DNA of 62,158 bases, taken from contig VBCH01000208.1 of assembly GCA_005884455.1 (NCBI GenBank), forward strand, positions 1-62,158. Direction: 5' to 3'. Under the pieces are notes generated by a model. The model saw nothing but the letters and a program-made list of their open reading frames with translations, made no database searches and was not told the origin of the DNA. This stretch comes from Betaproteobacteria bacterium (lineage in GTDB: Bacteria; Pseudomonadota; Gammaproteobacteria; Burkholderiales; SG8-39). Shown one piece after another: positions 21,640-32,443 of the stretch (the first letter of the stretch is position 1; every line of letters starts with the position of its first letter). A program made the translations under genes and the position numbers.

Positions 21640-22281
21640 CTAGAACCGGCGGATCAGCACCATCGTCTGGCCGTCGCGCTTCATTTCCATGCGGTTCAGG
21701 AAGCTCATTCCGAGCAGCGCGAACGGCATCGGGTTGCCTTCGAGGACGGCCCCATCGACGTTGTTGATGAGGATGTCGCCGACGCGCACCGTATCCAGCT
21801 TCACCCGGTAGACCACCACGGTGCCGTTGGCGGTGCCCATCAATCCGGGCTGCCCTTTGCGGTAGTCGATTCCGAGCCGCGTCGCGTCCACCGAAGAGAG
21901 CGAGATCGCCGTGGCGCCCGTGTCGACCAGAAAGCGCACGGCGCCGCCGTTGACCTGCCCGTCCACGACGAAATGTCCGCGCGGGTCGGCGGTGAGCGTG
22001 ACGTTCTGGCTCGCGGACGCTGGAGCCGCAACCGCCTGATGCTGTCCGATCCTCAGGGTCTTTTTCTGACCATCGATGACCAGGGTTGCGGACTCCCGGT
22101 CGGTCGAGATGAGCGTGACGCCCTCCACGGGTTTCTGGCCCACCGAAAGAACGCGCGGCGCGCCGCCGTCGATCACCACCACGGCCTTGCCGGGGAAGAG
22201 GCCGATCACGTTCACCTCGGCGGCCCAGCCGGCAGAGGACAACAGGAGGAGGAGCGACGCTACAATACGGGGCTTGACCAC
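21640..22281 (-). CDS. retropepsin-like (clan AA) aspartic protease, secreted or membrane-anchored
   Basis: DTG active site in FLVDTGATAISLS. N-terminal hydrophobic signal IVASLLLLLSSAGWA. GTG start chosen at 22281. An ATG at 22326 would overlap the divergent gene, so the start is uncertain. Confidence 0.75.
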   Translation of the reverse strand: MVKPRIVASLLLLLSSAGWAAEVNVIGLFPGKAVVVIDGGAPRVLSVGQKPVEGVTLISTDRESATLVIDGQKKTLRIGQHQAVAAPASASQNVTLTADPRGHFVVDGQVNGGAVRFLVDTGATAISLSSVDATRLGIDYRKGQPGLMGTANGTVVVYRVKLDTVRVGDILINNVDGAVLEGNPMPFALLGMSFLNRMEMKRDGQTMVLIRRF

Positions 22282-22299
22282 GTTGGCCTCGTTTCGCGC

Positions 22300-23004
22300 A
22301 TGAAGCCAGTTGCGATTTTCAGACATAGCCAGACCGAGGGGCCGGGCTATTTTGCCACATTCCTCGACGCGCACCGCATTCCGTGGCGGCTCGTCAAGGT
22401 GGACGCGGGCGAGCGAGTCCCGGCCGATCCGCGCGAATTCTCCGGTCTTGCATTCATGGGCGGACCGATGAGCGTGAACGACGAGCTGCCGTGGATCCCT
22501 CCGGTGCTCGGGCTCGTGAACAAGGCGGTAGCCGCCGATGTTCCGGTGCTCGGCCACTGTCTCGGCGGACAGCTGATGGCAAAGGCTCTGGGCGGGAGAG
22601 TCACGCGCAACGGCGTCAAGGAAATCGGCTGGGGCCCGGTCGCTATCGAGGAAAACCCCCGCGCGCGCGAGTGGTTCGGCGCAACGCGGGAGTTCTGCGG
22701 CTTTCACTGGCACGGCGAGACTTTCACCATCCCGCCGAAAGCAACGCGGATCGCCGGGAGCCCGTATTGCCCGAACCAGGCGTTCGTGCTGGGCAAGCAC
22801 CTCGGCATGCAATGCCATGTCGAGATGACCCCCGAGCTGATCCGCGCCTGGTGCGAGGATTGGGAAAAGGAGCTGGTTGCAAAAGCCGGGCCGTCGGTGC
22901 AAACCCCGCAGCAGATGTTCGAGCGGCTCGACGAGCGCGTGCATTTGCTCAACGCGATCGCCGCGGGCCTCTACGGTCGCTGGATCGAAGGACTGAAAAA
23001 ATAG
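22300..23004 (+). CDS. class I glutamine amidotransferase-like protein
   Basis: 234 aa from MKPVAIFRHS. Nucleophile elbow VLGHCLGGQLMA. The HVE triad is near the C-terminus. Confidence 0.8.
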   Translation: MKPVAIFRHSQTEGPGYFATFLDAHRIPWRLVKVDAGERVPADPREFSGLAFMGGPMSVNDELPWIPPVLGLVNKAVAADVPVLGHCLGGQLMAKALGGRVTRNGVKEIGWGPVAIEENPRAREWFGATREFCGFHWHGETFTIPPKATRIAGSPYCPNQAFVLGKHLGMQCHVEMTPELIRAWCEDWEKELVAKAGPSVQTPQQMFERLDERVHLLNAIAAGLYGRWIEGLKK

Positions 23005-23015
23005 AGAGGTTGCTT

Positions 23016-24185
23016 ATGCCGAAAGCCAAGCCCGCGAAGGGAACCCCGCGTCCCGCTTCGGGACCGGTGACCCTGCTGGTCGGAACGCGCAAGGGCGTGT
23101 TCCTCATGAAGTCGGACCGCGCGCGCAAGAGCTGGGCGCTCGCAGGGCCGCATTTTCTCGGCAACATCGTCAACCATCTCGTGCTCGACCCTCGCGACGG
23201 CAGGACGCTGCTCTGCGCCGTGCGAGCGGGGCATCTCGGGCCGACCGTATTCCGCTCGACCGACTTCGGCCGCACGTGGAAGGAGGCGGAGCGCCCGCCC
23301 GCGTTCCCGAAGGCAGCTCCCGGTGAGAAGGGCCTCGCGGTGGAACACGTGTTCTGGCTTACGCCGGGGCATTCTTCGGAGCCCGGCGCCTGGTACGCCG
23401 GCGTCTCACCACCGGGATTGTTCCGCTCCGACGACGGGGGCGTCACATGGGAAGGCGTCGCCGGCTTCAATGCCAACCCCATGCGCATCGTCTGGATCGG
23501 CGGCGAGCAGGAGCAGGGGCCGCCCGGCGGCGCTACCCTGCACTCGATCAACGTCGATCCGCGCGATCCCCGGCATCTCTACATCGGCATCTCGGCGGGC
23601 GGCGCGTTCGAGAGCTCGGACCGCGGAGAGACCTGGCGGCCGCTCAACCAGGGCGTCGCGGCCGATTTTCTTCCCGTCAAGGATCCGGAGTACGGCCACG
23701 ACGTGCACTGCATGCGGCTGCATCCGCTCGCGCCCGACCGTCTGTACCAGCAGAATCACTGCGGGATCTACCGCCTGGATCGCCCCGCGGAGCGCTGGGA
23801 CCGGATCGGCAACGCGATGCCGAAGGCGATCGGCGACATCGGTTTTCCGCTCGTGCTGCATCCGCGCGATCCCGACATGCTGTGGGTGTTCCCGATGGAC
23901 GGCGGCACCGTGTGGCCGCGCGTTTCCCCGGGCGGCAAGCCCGCGGCCTACGTTTCGCGCGACGGCGGCCGGACCTGGCGCCGCCAGGACGAGGGCCTCC
24001 CAGCCAAGCAGGGCTGGTTCACCGTGAAGCGCCAAGCGATGTGCGCCGACGCGCGCGATCCGGTGGGCGTGTACTTCGGCACGACGAGCGGCGAGGTCTG
24101 GATGAGCGCGAGCGAAGGCGACCGCTGGACCCCGATCGCACGCCACCTTCCGGAAATCTATTCGGTCGAGGCAGCCGGCGGCTGA
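23016..24185 (+). CDS. BNR/Asp-box repeat beta-propeller protein (sialidase-like fold, function unknown)
   Basis: SD GAGAGG precedes the ATG at 23016. Four canonical Asp-boxes: STDFGRTW, SDDGGVTW, SSDRGETW, SRDGGRTW. No signal peptide is evident. Confidence 0.82.
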   Translation: MPKAKPAKGTPRPASGPVTLLVGTRKGVFLMKSDRARKSWALAGPHFLGNIVNHLVLDPRDGRTLLCAVRAGHLGPTVFRSTDFGRTWKEAERPPAFPKAAPGEKGLAVEHVFWLTPGHSSEPGAWYAGVSPPGLFRSDDGGVTWEGVAGFNANPMRIVWIGGEQEQGPPGGATLHSINVDPRDPRHLYIGISAGGAFESSDRGETWRPLNQGVAADFLPVKDPEYGHDVHCMRLHPLAPDRLYQQNHCGIYRLDRPAERWDRIGNAMPKAIGDIGFPLVLHPRDPDMLWVFPMDGGTVWPRVSPGGKPAAYVSRDGGRTWRRQDEGLPAKQGWFTVKRQAMCADARDPVGVYFGTTSGEVWMSASEGDRWTPIARHLPEIYSVEAAGG

Positions 24186-24190
24186 AGGAG

Positions 24191-24451
24191 ATGAACGTCC
24201 TCATCCCCTCGCAGCTTCGCGACTACACCGGGGGGCGCGCGCACGTGGAAGCGCGCGGCGCGACGCTCGCTGCGCTGCTCGCCGACCTCGAGCGCCGCTT
24301 TCCTGGGATCCGTTTCCGCATGATCGACGAGCAGGACGCGATCCGGCGCCACATCAAGATCTTCGTCAACCAGCAGCAGGCGCGGGACCTCGGTGCCGCG
24401 CTTGCCACGAACGACGAAGTCGTCATCGTCGGCGCGCTGAGTGGGGGCTAG
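24191..24451 (+). CDS. MoaD/ThiS-family ubiquitin-fold protein with C-terminal Gly-Gly
   Basis: 86 aa ending ...VVIVGALSGG-stop. SD AGGAG. Starts 5 nt after the BNR gene stop. Confidence 0.8.
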   Translation: MNVLIPSQLRDYTGGRAHVEARGATLAALLADLERRFPGIRFRMIDEQDAIRRHIKIFVNQQQARDLGAALATNDEVVIVGALSGG

Positions 24452-24457
24452 TGCCGT

Positions 24458-24940
24458 TCAATCGCGGAAATTCTGGAACTGCAGCGGAATATCGGTGACG
24501 GACTTGCGCACCAGCGCAATCGCGGCCTGGAGATCGTCCTTCTTCCCTCCCGAGACGCGCACCGCGGTCCCCTGGATGCTCGCCTGGACCTTCATCTTCG
24601 AGTCCTTGAGTAGCTTGACGATGCTCTTCGCCTTCTCCTGCTCGATGCCGGCCTTGACGTGGATCGGCTGTTTCACCTTGGTGCCGATCTTCTCGACCGC
24701 CTTCGTGTCGAACATCCGGGCGTCCACCCCGCGCTTCGCGGATTTCGTCAGCAGGACGTCGGTCACCTGCTTCAGCTTGAAATCGTCGTCCGCGTAGAGC
24801 GTCAGCACCAGCTCCGTCTGCTCAATGCGCGCGTCCGAGCCCTTGAAGTCGAAGCGGTTCGCAATCTCTTTGTTCGCCTGGTCGACGGCGTTCTTCAGCT
24901 CGACCTTGTTGACTTCGGAGACGATGTCGAAAGACGGCAT
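24458..24940 (-). CDS. yajQ: YajQ-family (UPF0234) nucleotide / c-di-GMP-binding protein
   Basis: 160 aa. [34 protein letters not shown] is diagnostic of YajQ. Confidence 0.92.
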   Translation of the reverse strand: MPSFDIVSEVNKVELKNAVDQANKEIANRFDFKGSDARIEQTELVLTLYADDDFKLKQVTDVLLTKSAKRGVDARMFDTKAVEKIGTKVKQPIHVKAGIEQEKAKSIVKLLKDSKMKVQASIQGTAVRVSGGKKDDLQAAIALVRKSVTDIPLQFQNFRD

Positions 24941-24994
24941 GGCCCGCGATTATACCGAACGCCCGGTGCAATCCCTTATGGTAGTCTGACAACA

Positions 24995-25921
24995 ATGGAA
25001 TCCACCGCCATCTACCGCAAACCGAAGAAGTGGATTGCGGCCGTGCTCGGGCTGCTGATCCCGCCTGCGGGAATGCTGTACGTCGCCCGGCCTCGCTGGG
25101 CTGCGGCGTATTTTGCCCTTGCGCTGATCATCGCACTGGGCAGCATGTTTGTACTTCGCGACAGGGAGTGGGCTGGCAACGTTATTGCGCTGCTCGTTGC
25201 GATAATCTGCGCGATCCATGCGTCTCGCCTCGCCGGAGATTCCAGGGAGATCAGACGCCCCTGGTACAGCCGCTGGTACGGCTTGGTTGCAATAGGTGTT
25301 GCGTTTGCAGCGCTGGCGTTCGGGGTTCGCGCTTTCCTTTTCGAACCGTTCCGCTTCCCGTCGGAATCGATGGCTCCATCGATTGAGCCTCGCGCCCATC
25401 TGATTGTTCGGAAGTGGGGGTATGGCAATTACGGAACGTACGGAATTCACCTCATGAGGACCGGCATGTCATCCGAGGTGCGAAGAGGAGACATAATCGT
25501 CTTCGAGTATCCTGAAGATACAGCCTTGAGCTTCGCCAAACGGGTAATCGGCCTTCCACGTGACAGAATTTCGTACCACAACAAGCGACTCAAGGTCAAC
25601 GATGAAGAGATACCCATCCGGCGAATCGGTGATTACGTTCACAGGGATCGCGTTGCCCCCTCCCTCCAATATTTGGAACGCCTCGGCGACCGTGAGTACG
25701 CTATCCGCATCGAACCCGAGGCGCCTGCTGCCGCACCGATTGTGAGGGCGTTTCCACTCAAGGAAAATTGCGCTTACACGGCGGAGGGCCTCTCTTGCCG
25801 GGTACCCGATGGCCACTACTTTGTCTTGGGGGATAATCGCGACAACAGCAGCGACAGCCGGACCTGGGGATTTGTCGCCGCGAGAAACATCATCGGCAAG
25901 GTTCAGTACATAGTCCAGTGA
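24995..25921 (+). CDS. S26-family signal peptidase I paralogue with extended multi-TM N-terminus
   Basis: Catalytic boxes SESMAPSI (Ser), GDIIVFEYP, FAKRVIGLPRD (Lys) and GDNRDNSSDSR. About 130 aa with about 4 hydrophobic segments precede the catalytic domain. It is not in the lepA-lepB-rnc context. Confidence 0.85.
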   Translation: MESTAIYRKPKKWIAAVLGLLIPPAGMLYVARPRWAAAYFALALIIALGSMFVLRDREWAGNVIALLVAIICAIHASRLAGDSREIRRPWYSRWYGLVAIGVAFAALAFGVRAFLFEPFRFPSESMAPSIEPRAHLIVRKWGYGNYGTYGIHLMRTGMSSEVRRGDIIVFEYPEDTALSFAKRVIGLPRDRISYHNKRLKVNDEEIPIRRIGDYVHRDRVAPSLQYLERLGDREYAIRIEPEAPAAAPIVRAFPLKENCAYTAEGLSCRVPDGHYFVLGDNRDNSSDSRTWGFVAARNIIGKVQYIVQ

Positions 25922-26121
25922 AAAGATTCTTCTTGTTCTTATTCTTCGCATTCGTATCGACAGCGTCCTCGGCCTGCACGGCGGAGGGCATTTACGAGGG
26001 CAGCAGGGCCTACAACAAGGCCATCAAATCGACGCCCATGGAAAAATCCAAGGAAGAGCTCCCGGGTTACGATCAGTACGAAAAGGAGCGTCGGGGCGCC
26101 GCCAAGGAGAGCAAGGAATGA
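25918..26121 (+). CDS. small putative lipoprotein (hypothetical)
   Basis: 67 aa. GTG overlaps the upstream stop. Signal peptide FFLFLFFAFVSTASSAC, then a charged Lys/Glu-rich tail. Lower GC than the surroundings. Confidence 0.55.
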   Translation: MKRFFLFLFFAFVSTASSACTAEGIYEGSRAYNKAIKSTPMEKSKEELPGYDQYEKERRGAAKESKE

Positions 26122-26411
26122 AGTTCGCGAGCTCCGTGTCGATCGTCCCCGGAGTCGTTCTGCTGCTATCGCTTTCATCCGGTTGCGCGACGTACAGGAC
26201 GATCTCGACAGCCGAGCAAGGGAGCTCGAAGGTATTCAGCGGTACGCGCCTTAACGTGAGCGCAATCTTGGGCGATGAGGTCGCGTTGCGAAAATTCAAA
26301 GCCGATCCGCCGAGGTATCCCCTGGTCGATCTTCCCTTGAGTGTCGGCTTTGATATGGCAATCCTTCCTTTGACGGTTCCCATCGCAACAGGTGAGCTAC
26401 TTTTCAAATAA
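26118..26411 (+). CDS. YceK/YidQ-family lipoprotein
   Basis: 97 aa. ATGA overlap with the upstream ORF. Lipobox LSLSSGC. FSGTR and PLVDLPLSVGFDMAILPLT motifs are typical of the family. Confidence 0.75.
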   Translation: MKFASSVSIVPGVVLLLSLSSGCATYRTISTAEQGSSKVFSGTRLNVSAILGDEVALRKFKADPPRYPLVDLPLSVGFDMAILPLTVPIATGELLFK

Positions 26412-27195
26412 TTTTCGCTTTACGCCGAACTCTGTTTTGGTCATGCTCGCGTGTGCTTTGCTACTGCCTGCCGGCGGGCCCGCCGCGGTGACGTACTCCT
26501 TCGACTGGTACTGCTCGGGCTGCGCGAAGATCGGGATGGGAAGCAACGGCAGGGAAGGGCCTTTCGGGTCGGATTCTGCTTGCCAGTCGGCGCGCGCTTC
26601 GTTGAGCGGGAGCCTTTCCGCGCGCGGCTGCGCCTCGCGCTGTTTCAACCCGCAGCCTTGCGTTTCAGCGGGCCAGCCGGATCCGCCTCCTCCTCCGCCT
26701 GCGGCTTCCGCGCCAGTGAGAATCCAGCCCGACACCGCACGCGCCGCGCCCGCCTTCGATCCTTGGCCCGAGCGTGTGCGCCGGGCCGATGAGGTGAGGA
26801 GCGGGAAGGAAAAGGGCGCGCCGCACGGGCCGGACCTGTCGGGCAGTTGGCGCAACAGCTTCAGCCGCTACGAAGCGCGTTCGTCGAAGGACGCTGTCGA
26901 GATCGTGCTCGTGGAAACCTGCCGCACCCCCGATTGCATCCGCAGGGAGTACCCGAATCGGCTAGTGTTTCGCGGCAGGCTCGAGAGTGGCCGATTGGTC
27001 GGAGTCCTGCCCATGCGCAGCGCGATCGAATCGGAGCAAGACGGCCGGCACTGCACGACTCCAGCGGGTGAATTCCGTGTCGAGGGCAGCTTGTCCGGCG
27101 ACGGGAACATCATAGTCTGGAGGCCTGCGCAGCTTCCGGTCGGAGAGGGCTGCGCCCCCGTATCGATTTCGCTCGGCACCTGGCGCCGCGGCTGA
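26392..27195 (+). CDS. hypothetical exported Cys-rich / poly-Pro protein
   Basis: Hydrophobic N-terminus (VLVMLACALLLPAGG), Cys-rich module, PPPPPPP linker, and a second Cys-containing domain. The start is uncertain (GTG 26392 or ATG 26443). Confidence 0.6.
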   Translation: MSYFSNNFRFTPNSVLVMLACALLLPAGGPAAVTYSFDWYCSGCAKIGMGSNGREGPFGSDSACQSARASLSGSLSARGCASRCFNPQPCVSAGQPDPPPPPPAASAPVRIQPDTARAAPAFDPWPERVRRADEVRSGKEKGAPHGPDLSGSWRNSFSRYEARSSKDAVEIVLVETCRTPDCIRREYPNRLVFRGRLESGRLVGVLPMRSAIESEQDGRHCTTPAGEFRVEGSLSGDGNIIVWRPAQLPVGEGCAPVSISLGTWRRG

Positions 27196-27198
27196 AGC

Positions 27199-27933
27199 TC
27201 AGATCTCCACGGTCAGGTCGGGCCTGAACCCCGTCGCTTCGCCCGGATAGCCGCGCGGGTTGCAAATCACCCTCGAGCCACCCGCGCGGTAGTCGAAGAA
27301 GGTGTGCGTGTGTCCGTGGATCCACAGCGCCGCGCTCCCCATCGTTTCCTCGAGATCCACAACGAACCCTGGGTTGGCGCGATGGCCCACATACCCGGGC
27401 GCGATCGAGCGCGGGTGCGGCGCGAAGTGGGTGACGACGACGGTTTTTCCCGGGAACGGCGCGGCGAGGGCCGCGACCAGCCAGGCGCGGTGCCGGGCGC
27501 AGAGCGCGATCGCGTCCTCCGGCGCGAAGGCGAGGGAGCCGTAGCGGATCAGTTGAAAATCTGGATTCAGCTTGCGTGCGCTTTCGATCACGGCGGGGCG
27601 TTCTTCTTGCGGCGCAAGCGAGTAATCGGTCCACAGGGTGCACCCGAGAAAGCGAACACCGTCGAGGACGGCTCCGCTGCAATCGAGGAGCTCGATCGAG
27701 CACTTGCGCGCCGCCGCTCCCATGGCCTCCTGCACCGCTTCGAACTCGCCCTCGTAATACTCGTGGTTGCCGGCGAGATAGAGCACGGGCTTGCCAAAAG
27801 CTTCTCTGGCCCACTCGATTCCGGCGGCGCCGTTGTCGATGTCCCCCGCGAGCACGATCACGTCGGCGTCGCTTGGCGGCGGCACGAAGGGCGCGAATTC
27901 CAGGTGAAGGTCGGAATAGATTCGGATGCGCAC
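27199..27933 (-). CDS. calcineurin-like metallophosphoesterase
   Basis: SDLHLE, LAGDI, GNHEY and GHTH motifs in canonical order. Confidence 0.88.
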   Translation of the reverse strand: MRIRIYSDLHLEFAPFVPPPSDADVIVLAGDIDNGAAGIEWAREAFGKPVLYLAGNHEYYEGEFEAVQEAMGAAARKCSIELLDCSGAVLDGVRFLGCTLWTDYSLAPQEERPAVIESARKLNPDFQLIRYGSLAFAPEDAIALCARHRAWLVAALAAPFPGKTVVVTHFAPHPRSIAPGYVGHRANPGFVVDLEETMGSAALWIHGHTHTFFDYRAGGSRVICNPRGYPGEATGFRPDLTVEI

Positions 27934-28060
27934 GTGAAGGCTAAGGGAATAACTGGGTTTTATTCGAGGGAAGCCCCGGAATCCGTTATGATCGCGCGTC
28001 TCCGGGCGAAACGCGGAGCCGGAAAGCGGCTTGCCGGCCCGTACGACTCAAGGAGGTTTC

Positions 28061-28828
28061 ATGGCCAAGTGGGTACGCGTCGCCTATCAGGGACGGGAAT
28101 ACTTCGGAAAGCTCGAAGGCGACAACGTCCGCGTTCACTCGGGCAGCATGTTCGCGGGCCCGGAGGCGACCTCCCAGGCGATCCCTCTCGCCGGCGCGAA
28201 GCTCCTCACGCCGAGCGTGCCGGGCAAGATCGTTGCGCTGATCGACAACTATCACGAGCTCCTCGCGAAGCTCGACCATGCGGTCCCGTCCGAGCCCCTG
28301 TATTTTCTCAAGGGCAACAACTCGCTCCTCGCGCACGGCGAGACGATCCGCGGGCCCAAATCCTACAGCGGAAAGGTGGTGTACGAGGGCGAGCTCGGCA
28401 TCGTCATCGGCAAGCGCACGAGCGGCGTGCCCGAGAGCGAGGCGGCCCGGCACATTTTCGGCTACACCTGCGTCAACGACGTCACGGCGATCGAGATCAT
28501 CGCGAAAGACCCCGTCTTCGCCCAATGGACGCGCGCGAAGAGCTTCGACACCTTCGGGGTGTTCGGTCCCTGCATCGAGACCGAGATCGAGCCAGCCAAG
28601 CTCACGGTCAAGACCATCCTCAACGGCCACGAGCGGCAGAACTATTCCCTTTCCGATATCGTCTTTTCCCCCGAGAGGCTGGTGAGCCTGATCTCCCAGG
28701 ACATGACGCTCGAGGCGGGCGACGTGATCGCCTGCGGCAGCTCCGTGGGCGTCGGGGCGATGACGCCCGGCAGCACGGTGAGCATCTTGATCGAGGGCAT
28801 CGGCACGCTCACCAACAAGTTCGAATAG
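28061..28828 (+). CDS. fumarylacetoacetate hydrolase-family protein
   Basis: SD AAGGAGG precedes the ATG at 28061. YEGELGIVIGK, NDVTA and KSFDTF are typical FAH-family motifs. Confidence 0.88.
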   Translation: MAKWVRVAYQGREYFGKLEGDNVRVHSGSMFAGPEATSQAIPLAGAKLLTPSVPGKIVALIDNYHELLAKLDHAVPSEPLYFLKGNNSLLAHGETIRGPKSYSGKVVYEGELGIVIGKRTSGVPESEAARHIFGYTCVNDVTAIEIIAKDPVFAQWTRAKSFDTFGVFGPCIETEIEPAKLTVKTILNGHERQNYSLSDIVFSPERLVSLISQDMTLEAGDVIACGSSVGVGAMTPGSTVSILIEGIGTLTNKFE

Positions 28829-28831
28829 GGC

Positions 28832-30057
<1,226 letters not shown>

Positions 30058-30061
<4 letters not shown>

Positions 30062-31011
30062 CTTTTCCCCTTTCTCCCTTTCTTGACCTTGCCGAGCAGC
30101 AGAAATTCCATCAGCGCCTTCTGCGTATGCAATCGGTTCTCCGCCTCCTCCCAGACCACGCTCTGCGGCCCGTCGATCACTTCGCCGGCGACTTCCTCGC
30201 CGCGGTGCGCAGGCAGGCAGTGCATGAACAGCGCGTCCTTCTTCGCCTCGCGCATCATGTCCGCGTCCACCTGCCAGTTCTCGAAATCGCGCCCGCGCTC
30301 CTCCTTCTCCGACTCGAAGCCCATGCTGGTCCACACGTCGGTGGTGACGAGGTCCGCGCCGCGCGCGGCGTCCATCGGGTCGGCGAAGCTCTCGTAGTTT
30401 GCGTCGTCGTAGATCCCGGCGCGCTCGGGCTCCACCTCGTAGCCCGGCGGGGTCGAGACGTGCACGTTGAAATCGAAGATCGTCGCCGCCTGAAGCCAGG
30501 TATTGCACACGTTGTTCGAGTCTCCGATCCACGCCACAGTCCTGCCCCGGATCGACCCGCGGCGCTCGACGTAGGTGTAGATGTCGGCGAGCACCTGGCA
30601 GGGGTGGTACTCGTTGGTGAGGCCGTTGATCACGGGGACGCGCGAGTTCGCCGCAAAGCGCGACAGTATCTCCTGCTGGAAGGTGCGGATCATCACCAGA
30701 TCGCACATCCGCGAGATCACTTGCCCGGCGTCCTCGACCGGCTCTCCCCGCCCGAGCTGCGAGTCCCGCGTGTACAGGTAGATCGCCGCGCCGCCGAGCT
30801 GGTGCATGCCCGCTTCGAACGAAAGGCGCGTGCGCGTCGAGGGCTTCTCGAAGATCATGGCGAGGGTGCGGTCTTCGAGAGGCCAGTAACGCTCGTAGCG
30901 CTTGAACTTGTCCTTGATCCAGCGCGTGCGCGCGAACAGGTGCTCGTATTCCTCGCGCGAGAAGTCCTTGAACTGCAGGTAGTGCCGCAGCCGGGCCTGC
31001 CCCTTTTTCAT
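30058..31011 (-). CDS. argF: ornithine carbamoyltransferase
   Basis: 317 aa. STRTR, HPCQ and HCLP motifs. 4-nt overlaps with argD and argG. Confidence 0.93.
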
Positions 31012-32207
31012 GCGCGCGCGGGCATCGCGGGGGCGGGCTGCGCGAGGAACGAGCGCACCAGCGGAACGAGGATGGAAAGCACCTGGCGGGCCTCGCTTTC
31101 GTTCATCACTAGAGGCGGCAGCAGCCGGATCACCTTTTCCATGGTGACGTTGATGAGCAGGCCCGCCTCCAGGGCCTGCCCGACCAGATCTCCGCAGGGC
31201 CAGTCGAGCTCGACGCCGATCATCAGGCCGTGACCGCGTACCTCGGTCACGCCCGGACGTCCCGCGAGCGCCTCGCGGAGCCCGGCGAGGAGCACTCCGC
31301 CGATGCGCTCGGCGTTCTTCATGAGGCCTTCTTCCTCGATGGCGGCGAGCGTCGCGAGGGCTGCCGCGCAGGCGAGCGGATTGCCGCCGAAGGTGGAGCC
31401 GTGAGTTCCCGGTTTGAAGACCGCGGCCGCGGCTCCGCGGGCGAGGCAGGCTCCGATCGGCACGCCCGAGGCGAGGCCCTTGGCGAGCAGCACGACGTCG
31501 GGCTGGATCCCGGCGTGCTGATAAACGAACCACTTGCCCGTGCGGCCCAGACCGCACTGGACTTCGTCCACCATGAGCAACCATCCCTGGCTGTCGCAGA
31601 GCCCGCGCAGATCGCGCAGGTACTGCATCGAGGAGACATTGATTCCGCCTTCGCCCTGGATCGGCTCGACCAGCACCGCGACGACGCTCTTGTCGTGGGA
31701 CGCGGCCTGGCGCACCGACTCGATGTCGTTGAACGGCACGCGCACGAAGCCCGGCACCAGGGGCTCGAATCCCTGCTGCACCTTGCGGTTGCCGGTGGCC
31801 GAGAGCGTCGCGAGCGTTCTGCCGTGGAAAGCCTTGTCCATGACCACGATCCCGGGGCTCTCCACCCCCTTGCCGTGGCCGTACAGGCGCGCGAGCTTGA
31901 TCGCCGCCTCGTTGGCCTCGCAGCCCGAGTTGCAGAAGAACACGCCGTCCATGCCGCTTATCGCCGCCAGCTTGTCCGCGAGCCTTTCCTGCTCGGCGAT
32001 GCGGTAGAGGTTGGAGGTGTGGATCAGGCGCGAGCTCTGCTCCGCGATCGCCCGGGTCAGTTTCGCGTGGCCGTGGCCGAGCGTGTTGACCGCGATCCCC
32101 GCGAGCGCATCGAGGTATTTCTTGCCGGATTCGTCCCACACCCAGACGCGCTCGCCGCGGGTAAAGGCAACGGGAATCCGGCTGTATGTGTTCATCGAAT
32201 GAGACAT
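31008..32207 (-). CDS. argD: acetylornithine aminotransferase (class III PLP aminotransferase)
   Basis: [16 protein letters not shown] and [12 protein letters not shown] motifs. ATG at 32207 preferred over TTG at 32222. Confidence 0.9.
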   Translation of the reverse strand: MSHSMNTYSRIPVAFTRGERVWVWDESGKKYLDALAGIAVNTLGHGHAKLTRAIAEQSSRLIHTSNLYRIAEQERLADKLAAISGMDGVFFCNSGCEANEAAIKLARLYGHGKGVESPGIVVMDKAFHGRTLATLSATGNRKVQQGFEPLVPGFVRVPFNDIESVRQAASHDKSVVAVLVEPIQGEGGINVSSMQYLRDLRGLCDSQGWLLMVDEVQCGLGRTGKWFVYQHAGIQPDVVLLAKGLASGVPIGACLARGAAAAVFKPGTHGSTFGGNPLACAAALATLAAIEEEGLMKNAERIGGVLLAGLREALAGRPGVTEVRGHGLMIGVELDWPCGDLVGQALEAGLLINVTMEKVIRLLPPLVMNESEARQVLSILVPLVRSFLAQPAPAMPARA

Positions 32208-32443
32208 GAAATCACCCGTCAACGTTTACGGCGCAGCGAAACGCTTGCGCCAAAATCTCTTTGGAGCGCGCCGCGAGGCGCGTGAGATGCGCTATCGCCG
32301 CGCTCGGCGTCGTCGGGTGTCGGGCCGAATGGGCGAAGCCGTGGCGCCTGCGTGACGCGCTAGCCGGATAGAAGTCATCTCGTCGCCCTGTGCGATAATC
32401 GAATTGCTCTGAAGGGCGAATAGCTTAGCACAACGAATTCGGC

